NCBI GenBank assembly: GCA_965248435.1
Contig: OZ252100.1
Coordinates: 2,688,001-2,752,000, forward strand
Origin: Candidatus Latescibacterota bacterium
GTDB lineage: Bacteria > Latescibacterota > UBA2968 > GCA-2709665
Direction of reading: 5' to 3'
Length of the DNA: 64,000 bases
The notes below the pieces were generated by a model that saw nothing but the letters and a program-made list of their open reading frames with translations, was not told the origin of the DNA and did not search any database. The position numbers were made by a program, and so were the translations under genes. Shown piece after piece: positions 1 through 9,302 of the stretch (position 1 is its first letter; each line of letters starts with the position of its first letter).

Positions 1-309
1 CTTCTCTTCGATCGTCAGCGCGCTGAAAGGCGGCAGATCCATCTCCATGCCTTCCGGATGCGGACCCGTTCCCGTGTCCTCTCGCCCCAGCTCGCAGTTG
101 CAGTTGGGATATTGGAACGGAGCGAGGTACTCGTGTTCCCTCCTCGTGTAGACCCGCCGCGTCTGCTCGATCCCTTCCCTCGCGATCCGCTGAATCTCGC
201 GCTCCTTGGGTGTCATCTTCCCGAGCTCAGGGCGATCCGGGTTGTGAATGCGCACGCGATCCGGCTTGTCCTTGTGAGACTTTAGCGGTGCAAGTGCAAC
301 AGTGCCCAT
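1..309 (-). CDS. Hypothetical protein, paralog of 411..1118 (truncated by window edge)
   Basis: Manual translation from ATG at 309 (GGAGG RBS): MGTVALAPLKSHKDKPDRVRIHNPDRPELGKMTP...FQYPNCNCELGREDTGTGPHPEGMEMDLPPFSALTIEE, nearly identical to the N-terminus of the 235-aa ORF. Not in the ORF track because it runs off the window. Confidence 0.85.
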   Translation of the reverse strand, partial: MGTVALAPLKSHKDKPDRVRIHNPDRPELGKMTPKEREIQRIAREGIEQTRRVYTRREHEYLAPFQYPNCNCELGREDTGTGPHPEGMEMDLPPFSALTIEEK

Positions 310-410
310 GACTTGCCTCCCTTGTATGTTCATCCGGGAAATCCGTGCCCGATTCTCGAGCCCGTAGAACTTTACGGCTTATGGAATATGATATGGATCT
401 TACAGCCGCC

Positions 411-1118
411 TCACTTCTCCTCAGCTCGCACCGTGATCCTTACCGCGTAGAGATTGAAGTGTGCATCCATCCACCAATTCTCTCCCGACCCGGATTCAAC
501 ACTTTCATGCTCGAGCTTGGTCCCTTTGCCCGGCATACTGATATGGGGGTCGAGCTGCCCATAGCCCATCACGGTGATTTTGCTGCAGTCGGGCATGTCG
601 AAGTGTGCGCTAACGAGGCCGGAATGCCGGTTCCCCGTGTCGAACTTGTCACTTGCGCCCCACCCGTAGAGGTGCTCTCCCCATAGGTTGTTCACTTTGA
701 ATCGCACCCCAGGTCGCGCCAGATTCCACTCCAGAGGCTCCCCGTAGAGCAGTATCGTTGCCGGCGGAATGCAGGGACTCCCGATCACGTCCACACCGAT
801 GATCGGTTGTTCCTCTTCGATCGTCAGCGCACTGAAGGGCGGCAGATCCATCTCCATGCCTTCCGGATGCGGACCCGTGCCGGTTTCCTCTCGTCCCAGC
901 TCACAGTTGCAGTTCGGATATTGGAACGGAGCGAGGTACTCGTGTTCCCTCCGCGTGTAGACCCGCCGGGTTTGCTCGATCCCCTCCTTCGCGATCCGCT
1001 GGATCTTGCGCTCCAAGGGTGTCATCTTCCCGAGCTCGGGGCGATCCGGGTTGTGAATGCGTACGCGGTCTGGCGTGTCCTTGTGTGGCTTTAAGCGTGT
1101 GGGTGCAACAGTGCCCAT
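411..1118 (-). CDS. Hypothetical protein (235 aa), unknown family
   Basis: ATG with AGGAGAAGG RBS; reading frame conserved in the adjacent paralog. Confidence 0.85.
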   Translation of the reverse strand: MGTVAPTRLKPHKDTPDRVRIHNPDRPELGKMTPLERKIQRIAKEGIEQTRRVYTRREHEYLAPFQYPNCNCELGREETGTGPHPEGMEMDLPPFSALTIEEEQPIIGVDVIGSPCIPPATILLYGEPLEWNLARPGVRFKVNNLWGEHLYGWGASDKFDTGNRHSGLVSAHFDMPDCSKITVMGYGQLDPHISMPGKGTKLEHESVESGSGENWWMDAHFNLYAVRITVRAEEK

Positions 1119-1261
1119 AACCTTCTCCTCTCTGTTGACATACGATTAGCTCAAACGAGACAGCGAAATCAATCTATGCATTTGCGAAAGCTATCGCAAA
1201 CCAATCTTCGTCTAACGTGAACCGCAGGTGCCAGATTCCATTTCTGAAAGGCAAGTCGCCT

Positions 1262-3910
1262 TCAATAACCCAGTTCTCGGAGACGGTCCTGGGACCCCTG
1301 GTGTTCAGAGTCAATTACCGACTCATAAATGGCCTTTGCTTGGTCCACCTTCCCCAACATTTCAAATGCCTTTCCGATGTTGAAATACTCATTCTGATAG
1401 ATCGTATCTGTTGCATCTCCCTCGACCGCAATTCGTATTGCCCTGTAGGCCTCATCCATATCCCCCAGACGCCGATGGATCTTTGCAAGCACGAACCACG
1501 CTTCATATTCTTCGACATCGATGGAGACCAGCTTACCCATCACATCGCCTGCTTCTTTCAATCTACCCAGCTGTTCAAGGACTGTCCCCAAATTGAGGTA
1601 CGCCAGAACAAAGTCAGGTTGAATCTCTATGGCCTTTTGAAAGACAGCGATCGCATCGTCGTATTTATTCCCTTCGAGAAATACTAAGCCCAAGTTAAAA
1701 AATACCAAGGACTTGACGCTTTCCGGCACCCGATCGGCGACCTCTCGATAGATTTCCTCGGCGCGGTCTAGTTGTCCCGTTTCTTTCATCAGGGACCCCA
1801 TGCGATGGAGATCTCCTAAGGATTCTGGAACGATCTCCAGCACACGTTCCATATGGTAGGCAGCCTCTTGATACCTGCCTGAATTCTCGAACCGTCGCGC
1901 CAAACCCCGATGGGCGGGCATGAAGTAAGGATGGAGACCGAGTGCTTTCTGGTAGAACGAAGTCGCATCCTCGTATCGGCCCAGATTTTCGTAGCTCGTT
2001 GCAATATCTGTATAGAGCCCGGCACTGGGCGGCCCAAGCCGAAGCGCGGCACTAAGATGATTCAATGCCAGATCATACTGCTTCGACTCCAGGTAGAGGG
2101 CTCCCGTTACCTTGTGTAGCGAAACGTTCTGGGGATCTACCTCCAACCCTTTTCTATAGGCCTCAAGGGCCCACTCCTTCTTGTCCGCCTTTTCATAGAG
2201 AAACCCCTTGTGAAGGTTCCGATAAACGCTCGAGCCAGAAAAAAAAGGATCGCCTCGATAGCTGCTGTCCGGACGAATGACATACAACAGTGGGGCACCC
2301 TGAGTCCGGACCGTATGTATGATTTCGCCCGGAAGAACGGTATGTCCCTCCAGGCGGGTTGTAATGAGATATAGGTCTGCTTGGAAGGGATTTTCGACGT
2401 ACTCAAACCCCCGTGGGTCAAGCAAATGCTGCGTGCTAGAGGCACCACTGGCGATACGGGGCAGCCTTGTCAGCCCCAGATCCCGAATGAGATCGGCATA
2501 GTGGGTATCGATCCATCGAACACCCTGCTTATAGCTATTATCCCAGTAATCCGTCTCATAACGGGTCCACGCCTTTTCGATACCTCCGGCAAAGAGATGG
2601 TTGAAATACACGTATTGATTCGGGTGCATCGAAACCATCTCCCAAAGGGTTAGCAATAGACAACTTCCAGAGAGTAGTGCGGTGCCATAGCCCTTCCAGC
2701 CCTTGAGTCTACGAACACACTCACGGGTTCCAATCGCGCTGAGAACCGCGAGCGGCGGAACAACAAATAGGATGTGACGAATGCCGTCATAGAGCGGTGT
2801 CTGGGCTACCACGACGTAGCATATTGGAAACACTGCGCCGAAAACCAAGACTCCCCGCTCGAGGGCGGGCACGCTGCTGGCCTTCCAGGGCCAGGTCCAC
2901 CAGGCAGCAATCGCGCCCAGAACAAGGCCGATCAGCAGAAATTCGGGAAGTGTGATGAGCAACCATTTGGGGGCGTAGTACCAGGGAAACTCACTGGCTT
3001 CTACAAATCGTCCCTCAAAAAAAACCGGAGAGACGGTCGGAAAGCCTGAAAAGACCCTTAGCGCCTTCCAGGGGTGAACCAGCGGATTGATCTGGGCCCA
3101 GGGCCAGAACGCGAGCATAACAACGTAGGCGCCCAGGAAAATAGACACCGTCTGAATAGCGAATGATGCGCCCAGATCCAGGAATGCCCTCCTGCTCTTC
3201 AGGAGGCCGGCCTGGACATATTTGATTATGAAAGATACGAGCAGAGGTACCCACAGAATCACTCCACCGATACGAATCCCCATAGTGATTCCGATCGCCA
3301 AGGCGGTCTTGCAGATCCAGCTGCGAGGCAGGTCGGGTAGACGGCCGACGCTCCGGATCAGAAAATAGAGACTCCACAAATAGGAAACCGCGAACGGGAT
3401 GTCCTTATGATTGTTGAACGCGTGGCCATAATATCTTGGGGTCAGCATCAGAAACAACGCTGCCAGGCATCCGGCCCATGGTCCACCCAGATACCCGCCA
3501 AGTTTGTAGGCGGCAACGACACCCAGTAGCCCGACTCCGGCGTTGCACAGGTGGCGGGTGGGGAAAACGTTTAAAGGGGAGATCTTGCAGGCGATTGCCG
3601 TAAGCCCATCGTACCACCCTCCGTAGAGCCAGACATTTACCCGGCTGAAAGCCGCCCGGTCCTTAAATAGACTGGTATACCAGTTGAGAACGTAGAGTCC
3701 ATAGTCAACGTGGGAATGTTCGTCGGGTGTGATCCCGTAGTGGGTGTAGGTCATCAGGATCACAATTCCATAAGCCAACACCAGGAGTGTAAAACACCCC
3801 TGCCACAGCGGTATCTTATAGCCGAGGAAGTTAATCCGCATTTGGTCGTCGAGATGGAAATTCAGCATAGTCGCACAGACTTTAGAAATTTCAGATCTGA
3901 ATCGAGCCAC
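1262..3910 (-). CDS. GT-C (PMT/ArnT-like) membrane glycosyltransferase with C-terminal TPR array
   Basis: TPDE acidic motif after the first TM helix, many TM segments, NNHKDIPF motif, TPR-like repeats in the C-terminal ~300 aa. Confidence 0.8.
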   Translation of the reverse strand: MARFRSEISKVCATMLNFHLDDQMRINFLGYKIPLWQGCFTLLVLAYGIVILMTYTHYGITPDEHSHVDYGLYVLNWYTSLFKDRAAFSRVNVWLYGGWYDGLTAIACKISPLNVFPTRHLCNAGVGLLGVVAAYKLGGYLGGPWAGCLAALFLMLTPRYYGHAFNNHKDIPFAVSYLWSLYFLIRSVGRLPDLPRSWICKTALAIGITMGIRIGGVILWVPLLVSFIIKYVQAGLLKSRRAFLDLGASFAIQTVSIFLGAYVVMLAFWPWAQINPLVHPWKALRVFSGFPTVSPVFFEGRFVEASEFPWYYAPKWLLITLPEFLLIGLVLGAIAAWWTWPWKASSVPALERGVLVFGAVFPICYVVVAQTPLYDGIRHILFVVPPLAVLSAIGTRECVRRLKGWKGYGTALLSGSCLLLTLWEMVSMHPNQYVYFNHLFAGGIEKAWTRYETDYWDNSYKQGVRWIDTHYADLIRDLGLTRLPRIASGASSTQHLLDPRGFEYVENPFQADLYLITTRLEGHTVLPGEIIHTVRTQGAPLLYVIRPDSSYRGDPFFSGSSVYRNLHKGFLYEKADKKEWALEAYRKGLEVDPQNVSLHKVTGALYLESKQYDLALNHLSAALRLGPPSAGLYTDIATSYENLGRYEDATSFYQKALGLHPYFMPAHRGLARRFENSGRYQEAAYHMERVLEIVPESLGDLHRMGSLMKETGQLDRAEEIYREVADRVPESVKSLVFFNLGLVFLEGNKYDDAIAVFQKAIEIQPDFVLAYLNLGTVLEQLGRLKEAGDVMGKLVSIDVEEYEAWFVLAKIHRRLGDMDEAYRAIRIAVEGDATDTIYQNEYFNIGKAFEMLGKVDQAKAIYESVIDSEHQGSQDRLRELGY

Positions 3911-3930
3911 CCCGTAGTCACCGGGCCATA

Positions 3931-6552
3931 CTACTCTTGAAGGGAGTCCTTTGATTGTCCGCGGTGAGGATTGGTCTTTGCGATCGAATTGAAGATGTCC
4001 TTTGCCTGATCGGTTCGGCCTTCCGCTTCATATGCTTTTCCGATATTGAAGTACTCGTCCCAGTAGTCGGCCTTTCCGGAATCTCCGTCGAGAGCGGCGC
4101 GTATGGCGTCGTGGGCTTTACCTGTACTTCCGAGAGCTCGATGGATCTTTGCCAGGGCAAACCAGGCTTCATTCCGTGCCGGTTCGAAAGACACCAGCTT
4201 AACCATTACCTCTTCTGCTTCTTTCAGCCTGCCCTGCCGTCCCAGGACTGCGCCCAGCGTCAGATATGCCCGGCCGAAGTCATGTCGAAGCCGTATGGCT
4301 TCTTCGAACTGGGCGATCGCCTCGTCATAGTCCTGCTTAGCCAAAAACACCAAGCCCAGGTTAAAGACTGCGGCGGCCTTGATCAGGTCCGGGACTCGTT
4401 CAACGATCTCTCGATAGATCTCCTCTGCTCGGTCCAGCTGACCCGTTTGCCTCATCAAGAATCCCAGGCGACGATAATCCTCTATAGATTCTGGAAGAAT
4501 CTCTAATACTTGCTCCACGTGATGAATGGCCTCTTTAAACCTACCCAATATCTTAAATCGTCGGGCCAAACCTCGATGGGCGGGCAAGAAATAAGGATGG
4601 TGGTCAAGTGCCTTGTGATAGAACGAGATCGAATCATCGTGCCGACCCAAACTGTCATAGCAAACGGCAACATTTGTATAGAGACGGGCGCTGGGAGGCC
4701 CCAGTCGAATCGCAGCATTGAGACGATCAAGCGCAGCATCATACTGCTTAGCATCCAGATAAACAGCCCCGGCCCGGGCAAGCAACGAAACGTTCCGGGC
4801 GTCCATCTCAAGCCCTTTTACATAGGCTGAAAGGGCCTCCTCTTTCTTTCCGGTCCTCTCGTAGAGCATTCCCAGATGCCCCATTCGGATTGCACTAGAA
4901 CCCGAAAAAACAGGGTCGTCTCGATAGCTGCTGTCTGGACGAATGATATACAACAGTGAGGCGCCTCGGGCCTCGATCGTGTGGATGATTTCGCCGGGAA
5001 CAACGGTGTGCCTTTCTCTCCCTATGGTGACCAAATACAAATCCGCCTTCCAGGGGTCTTCTACAAGCTCAAACCGGTCCGGGTGAAGCAAGAACCGAGG
5101 ATTCCCACCACTGCAGGCGATACGGGGTCTCCCGGGAAGATCAAGATCCAGGATGAGATCGACGTAGTGATTTTCAATCCATCGCACCCCTTGCTTGTAG
5201 GTGTTGTCCCAGTAATCCGTCTCATAGTGTCTCGAGGCTTCTTTGATACCTCCCGCAAAGAGTTGATTGAAATACAGGTATTGGTTCGGATGTAGCAACA
5301 CCATCTCCCGAGCTGTTTGCGCAAGCAGGACACCCGTAAGCAGCAAGAACCCATACTTCGTCCAACCCCTGAACCTCCCCACAAGCTCGCTGGCCCCCAC
5401 AGCACTAAGAACTGCCAGAGGAGGAACAACGAAAAGGAGATGCCGGAGACCGTCGTAGAGAGGGGTGCGGGTAACGACGACATAGCACAAGGGGAATACA
5501 GCACCGAAAATCAGAAGGCTGCGCGAAAGCGCCAGATTACCCGGATTCTTCCAGCGAATCCCGAAGGAAAGAACGACACCCGCAAGAAGACCCATCCACA
5601 GAAACTCCGGAAGCGTGATAAGCAGCCACCAGGGGGCATAATACCAAGGGAATTCGCTTCTCTCGACAAACTGACCCTCAAAAAAAATGGAAGTAAACGC
5701 AGGAAACTGAGAAAAGATCTTCAGTGCCTTCCAAGGATGGACCAACGGATTCGTCTGCGCCCACGGCCAAAACAGAAGCATAGAAATGTAGGCGATCCCT
5801 AAAATGGATCCGATCCGTATCGCAAACGAAGCGCCAAGTTCAAGTAATGCCCTACGATTTCCTAGCAGGGCGACCTGACAGTATCTGACCATGAAGAACA
5901 GCAACAGGGGCACAATTAAAATCGCCCCGCCGACGCGAATTCCCATCGTCAGCCCGATCGCCACACCAGTCTTCCAGATCCAGCCGAGAGGCAGGTCGGG
6001 CCAATGGCCGAGGCTCCGAATCAAACAATAAAGACTCCACAAATAACAAACCGCAAACGGGACGTCCTTGTGGTTGTTAAACGCGTGGCCAAAATACCTG
6101 GGCGTCAAAATCAAAAAGACCGCCGCCAGGCATCCCGCTGACCAGCCTCCCCCCAGATGCCGGCCCAGTTTGCCGGCCGCGATTACGCCAATCACCCCGA
6201 CTAGAGCGTTGCACAAATGACGCGTGTCGTATGGTGCCAGAGGTGATGTCTTCACCAGCAGGTAGGTCAGCGCATCGTACCAGCCTCCATAGAGCCAGAC
6301 ATTGGTCCGGCTGAAAATCGCCCGGTCCTGAAAGAAACTGGTATACCAGTTGACGACATGGAATCCGTATTCAACGTGGGACCCTTCGTCGGGCGTAATT
6401 CCATAGCGTGTGAACGTCAGCAGAATCACAACGACATAGGCCAACACCAGGAGGGTGAAACACCCCTGCCAGATCGGAACCTTGAAACCTTTAAGGTTGA
6501 TCTGCGAATATTCATCTAGCCGGATATTCAGCATCGTCGGACTGAGTCTCAA
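3931..6552 (-). CDS. GT-C membrane glycosyltransferase with TPR array (paralog of 1262..3910)
   Basis: Same architecture; shared YGITPDE, NVWLYGGWYD, GHAFNNHKD, YETDYWDN. Confidence 0.8.
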   Translation of the reverse strand: MRLSPTMLNIRLDEYSQINLKGFKVPIWQGCFTLLVLAYVVVILLTFTRYGITPDEGSHVEYGFHVVNWYTSFFQDRAIFSRTNVWLYGGWYDALTYLLVKTSPLAPYDTRHLCNALVGVIGVIAAGKLGRHLGGGWSAGCLAAVFLILTPRYFGHAFNNHKDVPFAVCYLWSLYCLIRSLGHWPDLPLGWIWKTGVAIGLTMGIRVGGAILIVPLLLFFMVRYCQVALLGNRRALLELGASFAIRIGSILGIAYISMLLFWPWAQTNPLVHPWKALKIFSQFPAFTSIFFEGQFVERSEFPWYYAPWWLLITLPEFLWMGLLAGVVLSFGIRWKNPGNLALSRSLLIFGAVFPLCYVVVTRTPLYDGLRHLLFVVPPLAVLSAVGASELVGRFRGWTKYGFLLLTGVLLAQTAREMVLLHPNQYLYFNQLFAGGIKEASRHYETDYWDNTYKQGVRWIENHYVDLILDLDLPGRPRIACSGGNPRFLLHPDRFELVEDPWKADLYLVTIGRERHTVVPGEIIHTIEARGASLLYIIRPDSSYRDDPVFSGSSAIRMGHLGMLYERTGKKEEALSAYVKGLEMDARNVSLLARAGAVYLDAKQYDAALDRLNAAIRLGPPSARLYTNVAVCYDSLGRHDDSISFYHKALDHHPYFLPAHRGLARRFKILGRFKEAIHHVEQVLEILPESIEDYRRLGFLMRQTGQLDRAEEIYREIVERVPDLIKAAAVFNLGLVFLAKQDYDEAIAQFEEAIRLRHDFGRAYLTLGAVLGRQGRLKEAEEVMVKLVSFEPARNEAWFALAKIHRALGSTGKAHDAIRAALDGDSGKADYWDEYFNIGKAYEAEGRTDQAKDIFNSIAKTNPHRGQSKDSLQE

Positions 6553-6569
6553 GGGGATTGTCCTGATAG

Positions 6570-7928
6570 TCAGAAAATCCAGACCGGAATTGATTCACCT
6601 CTTGAAATCACTTCCTCCATGAAGCAGCCCGTGTATGGGGTTGGATCCATCGCGTAGGTCATCTCTCCGTCTTCCAGCACGCGAGCCGCCAGAATATGGT
6701 GCCACTTTCCGTCCGAAAGCTGTACCGTCATCCCCGAAGGATGGTCGACCCGCCACGCCGATCCCCCCGGAGGCCGACCGAAATCCTTTGAGCCCTCTAT
6801 AACTACCATCGGCCGCTCCAGCCCGGTCCGATCCTCATTCAGCGGCCAGATGCACAGCGTCTCCCGTGTCCAACCCCCGCCGCGCAGTCGTCCCTCCGAA
6901 TCCGTTTTGGTCCTCGCCAGGCCTGCTGGATGCATAAAGACCTCATACAGATTCGCCGCAATGTAGGGTGTCCCATCAGCAGCCTGGTTCACGCTGATCG
7001 GCGTGGCTGACACCACCCCGCGAACGTGGATCACCTTTGTCCACACCTCTCCGCCCTCCTCCGAGCGCCAGACTCGGATGTCGTTATAGTCCGGCTCATC
7101 ACCTCCCCGGACGCTGAAAAGAAATGCCCCGTCCACGTCCCGAACTATGCTTGGCTCCTTCGAACGGTCCTCCCCCGTCACAGGCACGAACGAGACCGGG
7201 CGCCAGTCTTCACCCTCGCGACGCCACCGCACCACGCCGGTCCCCGAACCCCCGCCAGGTTTTCCTCCGGTCATGGCCAAGAGCAGATCGTCGCCATCAG
7301 CAATGGCATTCGTGATCCCGCTGTTTCCAATGCGCCAATCGGGTACCAGATCCCGCGTCCAAATGCGGTCCGTCTTGACGACCTGAAACCTTTCGCCGTC
7401 GAACGAGAACTGATGGACCTCGAAGTAAAAGTATGATTCCGATCCCGTACTCAGGTCAAGACTGTAGGGCGGAGGACCCGACTCTTTGACAGTCCAAGCA
7501 ATCACCAGGTCGATCCCGAATCCTGTACCGGCGTGAGGATGGGCAGACCCATCGGCACGCTTCGCGCCCAGCGGGACAAACCCGGCGCGTATCGGGTACT
7601 TGATCATGGTCGCGAGTTGTCCCGGAGGATCCGTGTTGGGATTCGGCTCGTCGTGGTTGCGCGTCACCTCTACCGCACTGTCGGCGGAAAGATTGGAGAG
7701 ATCGTCAAACAGAATTACATCCGTTCCATTCTCCCAGTCCACCCCCTTCATCTTCCCCTCCCGAAGGCTACAGATCAGGCCCGCCTTCCGCTCGGCCGCC
7801 TGAAACGGCAACCCCATTCCATAGACCAGCACCCTTCCGTGCGGCACGTGAGGGGGCACGCGAAAATCCACGCCACCCTTCGTGACTTCAACAATTCCTC
7901 TTTGACTTGCCACAGCTCCCTCCTTCAT
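6570..7928 (-). CDS. Hypothetical protein, probable sialidase-like (Asp-box) beta-propeller
   Basis: 452 aa; SKEPSIVR and Asp-box-like RSEEGGEVW; paralog adjacent. Confidence 0.6.
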   Translation of the reverse strand: MKEGAVASQRGIVEVTKGGVDFRVPPHVPHGRVLVYGMGLPFQAAERKAGLICSLREGKMKGVDWENGTDVILFDDLSNLSADSAVEVTRNHDEPNPNTDPPGQLATMIKYPIRAGFVPLGAKRADGSAHPHAGTGFGIDLVIAWTVKESGPPPYSLDLSTGSESYFYFEVHQFSFDGERFQVVKTDRIWTRDLVPDWRIGNSGITNAIADGDDLLLAMTGGKPGGGSGTGVVRWRREGEDWRPVSFVPVTGEDRSKEPSIVRDVDGAFLFSVRGGDEPDYNDIRVWRSEEGGEVWTKVIHVRGVVSATPISVNQAADGTPYIAANLYEVFMHPAGLARTKTDSEGRLRGGGWTRETLCIWPLNEDRTGLERPMVVIEGSKDFGRPPGGSAWRVDHPSGMTVQLSDGKWHHILAARVLEDGEMTYAMDPTPYTGCFMEEVISRGESIPVWIF

Positions 7929-9302
7929 CTAATTTCCATCCCTCTGAAAATTCCAGATCGGAATCGCCTCACCTTTTGAAATCACTTCCTCCAGGAAGCA
8001 GCCAGTGTAGGGCGTCGGATCCATCGCGTAGGTCATCTCCCCATCTTCGAGCACACGGAAGGCGAGAATATGGCGCCATTTCCCGTCCGAAAGTTGTACT
8101 GTCATCCCAGAGGGATGGTCGACCCGCCACGCCGAGCGCCCGGGCGGCCGGCCGAAATCCTTTGATCCTTCGATAACCACTATCGGCGGCTCCAATCCGG
8201 TCCGATCCTCGTTGAGTGGCCAGATGCACAGCGTCTCTCGCGTCCAGCCTCCTCCTCTCAGTCTCCCTTCCGGGTCCGTTTTGATCCTTGCGAGGTCTGC
8301 TCGACGCATGAAGACTTCGTACAGATTCGCCGCAATGAAAGGCGTACCGTCCGCGGCCTGGTTTATGCTGATCGGGGTACTCGACACCACATCGCGAACG
8401 TGGATTACCTTTGCCCACGCTTCTTCGCCATCCCCCAAGCGCCACACGCGGATGTCATTGTAGTCAGGCTCGTGACCTCCTCTCACACTGAAAAGAAGAG
8501 CTCCGTCCACGTCTCGAACCATGCTCGGCTCTTTCGACCCATCCTCCCCCGTTACTGAAGTGAACGAAACCGGACGCCAGTCTGCTGCCTCCCGGCGCCA
8601 CCTCACCACACCGGTCCCCGATCCCCCGTTCGGTTTCCCCCCGACCATGGAGAACAGCAGATCGTCTCCCTCTGGAATCGCGTTCGTGATTCCTATGTTC
8701 CCTATCCTCCAGCCAGGGATCAGATCCATCTCGGAAATCCGGTCCGTCTTCACGACCTGGAACGTCTCGTCCTCGCCGTCGTACGAGAACTGATGGAGCT
8801 CGAAGTATGAATACCGTTCCGATCCCTCCGAAAGGTCGAGGCTGTAGGGCGGAGAATCGTTCTTCTTGCTGCTCCACGCGTGGGCCCGGTTGATCCCGAA
8901 TCCCGTACCCGCGTGGGGATGGGCAGAGCCATCGACACGCTTCGCGCCCAGCGGAACGAATCCCGCGCGTATCGGGTACTTGATCATCGTCACCGTCTGT
9001 CCCGGAGGATCCGTGTTCGGATTTGGCTCCTCGTGGTTGCGCGTCACCTCCACCGCGTGGTCAGCAGAAAGATTGGAGAGATCGTCGAACAGGATGACAT
9101 CCGTCCCGTTCTCCCAGTCCACACCCGGCATTTTCCCCTCCCGAAGGTTGCAGATCAGGCCCGCCTTCCGCTCCGCCGCCTGAAACGGCAGTCCCATTGC
9201 GTAGACCAGTACTCTTCCCTCCGGCACGTGAGGGGGCACGCGGAAATCCGCGCCACCCTTCGTGACTTCAATGATACCTGCCGATCCATCATCTTCGGCC
9301 AT
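7929..9302 (-). CDS. Hypothetical protein, paralog of 6570..7928
   Basis: 457 aa; long identical stretches (GVDWENGTDVILFDDLSNLSAD, GGGWTRETLCIWPLNEDRTGLE); AGGAGG RBS. Confidence 0.65.
   Translation of the reverse strand: MAEDDGSAGIIEVTKGGADFRVPPHVPEGRVLVYAMGLPFQAAERKAGLICNLREGKMPGVDWENGTDVILFDDLSNLSADHAVEVTRNHEEPNPNTDPPGQTVTMIKYPIRAGFVPLGAKRVDGSAHPHAGTGFGINRAHAWSSKKNDSPPYSLDLSEGSERYSYFELHQFSYDGEDETFQVVKTDRISEMDLIPGWRIGNIGITNAIPEGDDLLFSMVGGKPNGGSGTGVVRWRREAADWRPVSFTSVTGEDGSKEPSMVRDVDGALLFSVRGGHEPDYNDIRVWRLGDGEEAWAKVIHVRDVVSSTPISINQAADGTPFIAANLYEVFMRRADLARIKTDPEGRLRGGGWTRETLCIWPLNEDRTGLEPPIVVIEGSKDFGRPPGRSAWRVDHPSGMTVQLSDGKWRHILAFRVLEDGEMTYAMDPTPYTGCFLEEVISKGEAIPIWNFQRDGN

Noticed and set aside
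1-9302. Paralog pairs as diversity-generating retroelement template/variable repeats
   Set aside because: No reverse transcriptase in the window, and differences are spread over whole genes rather than being adenine-specific.
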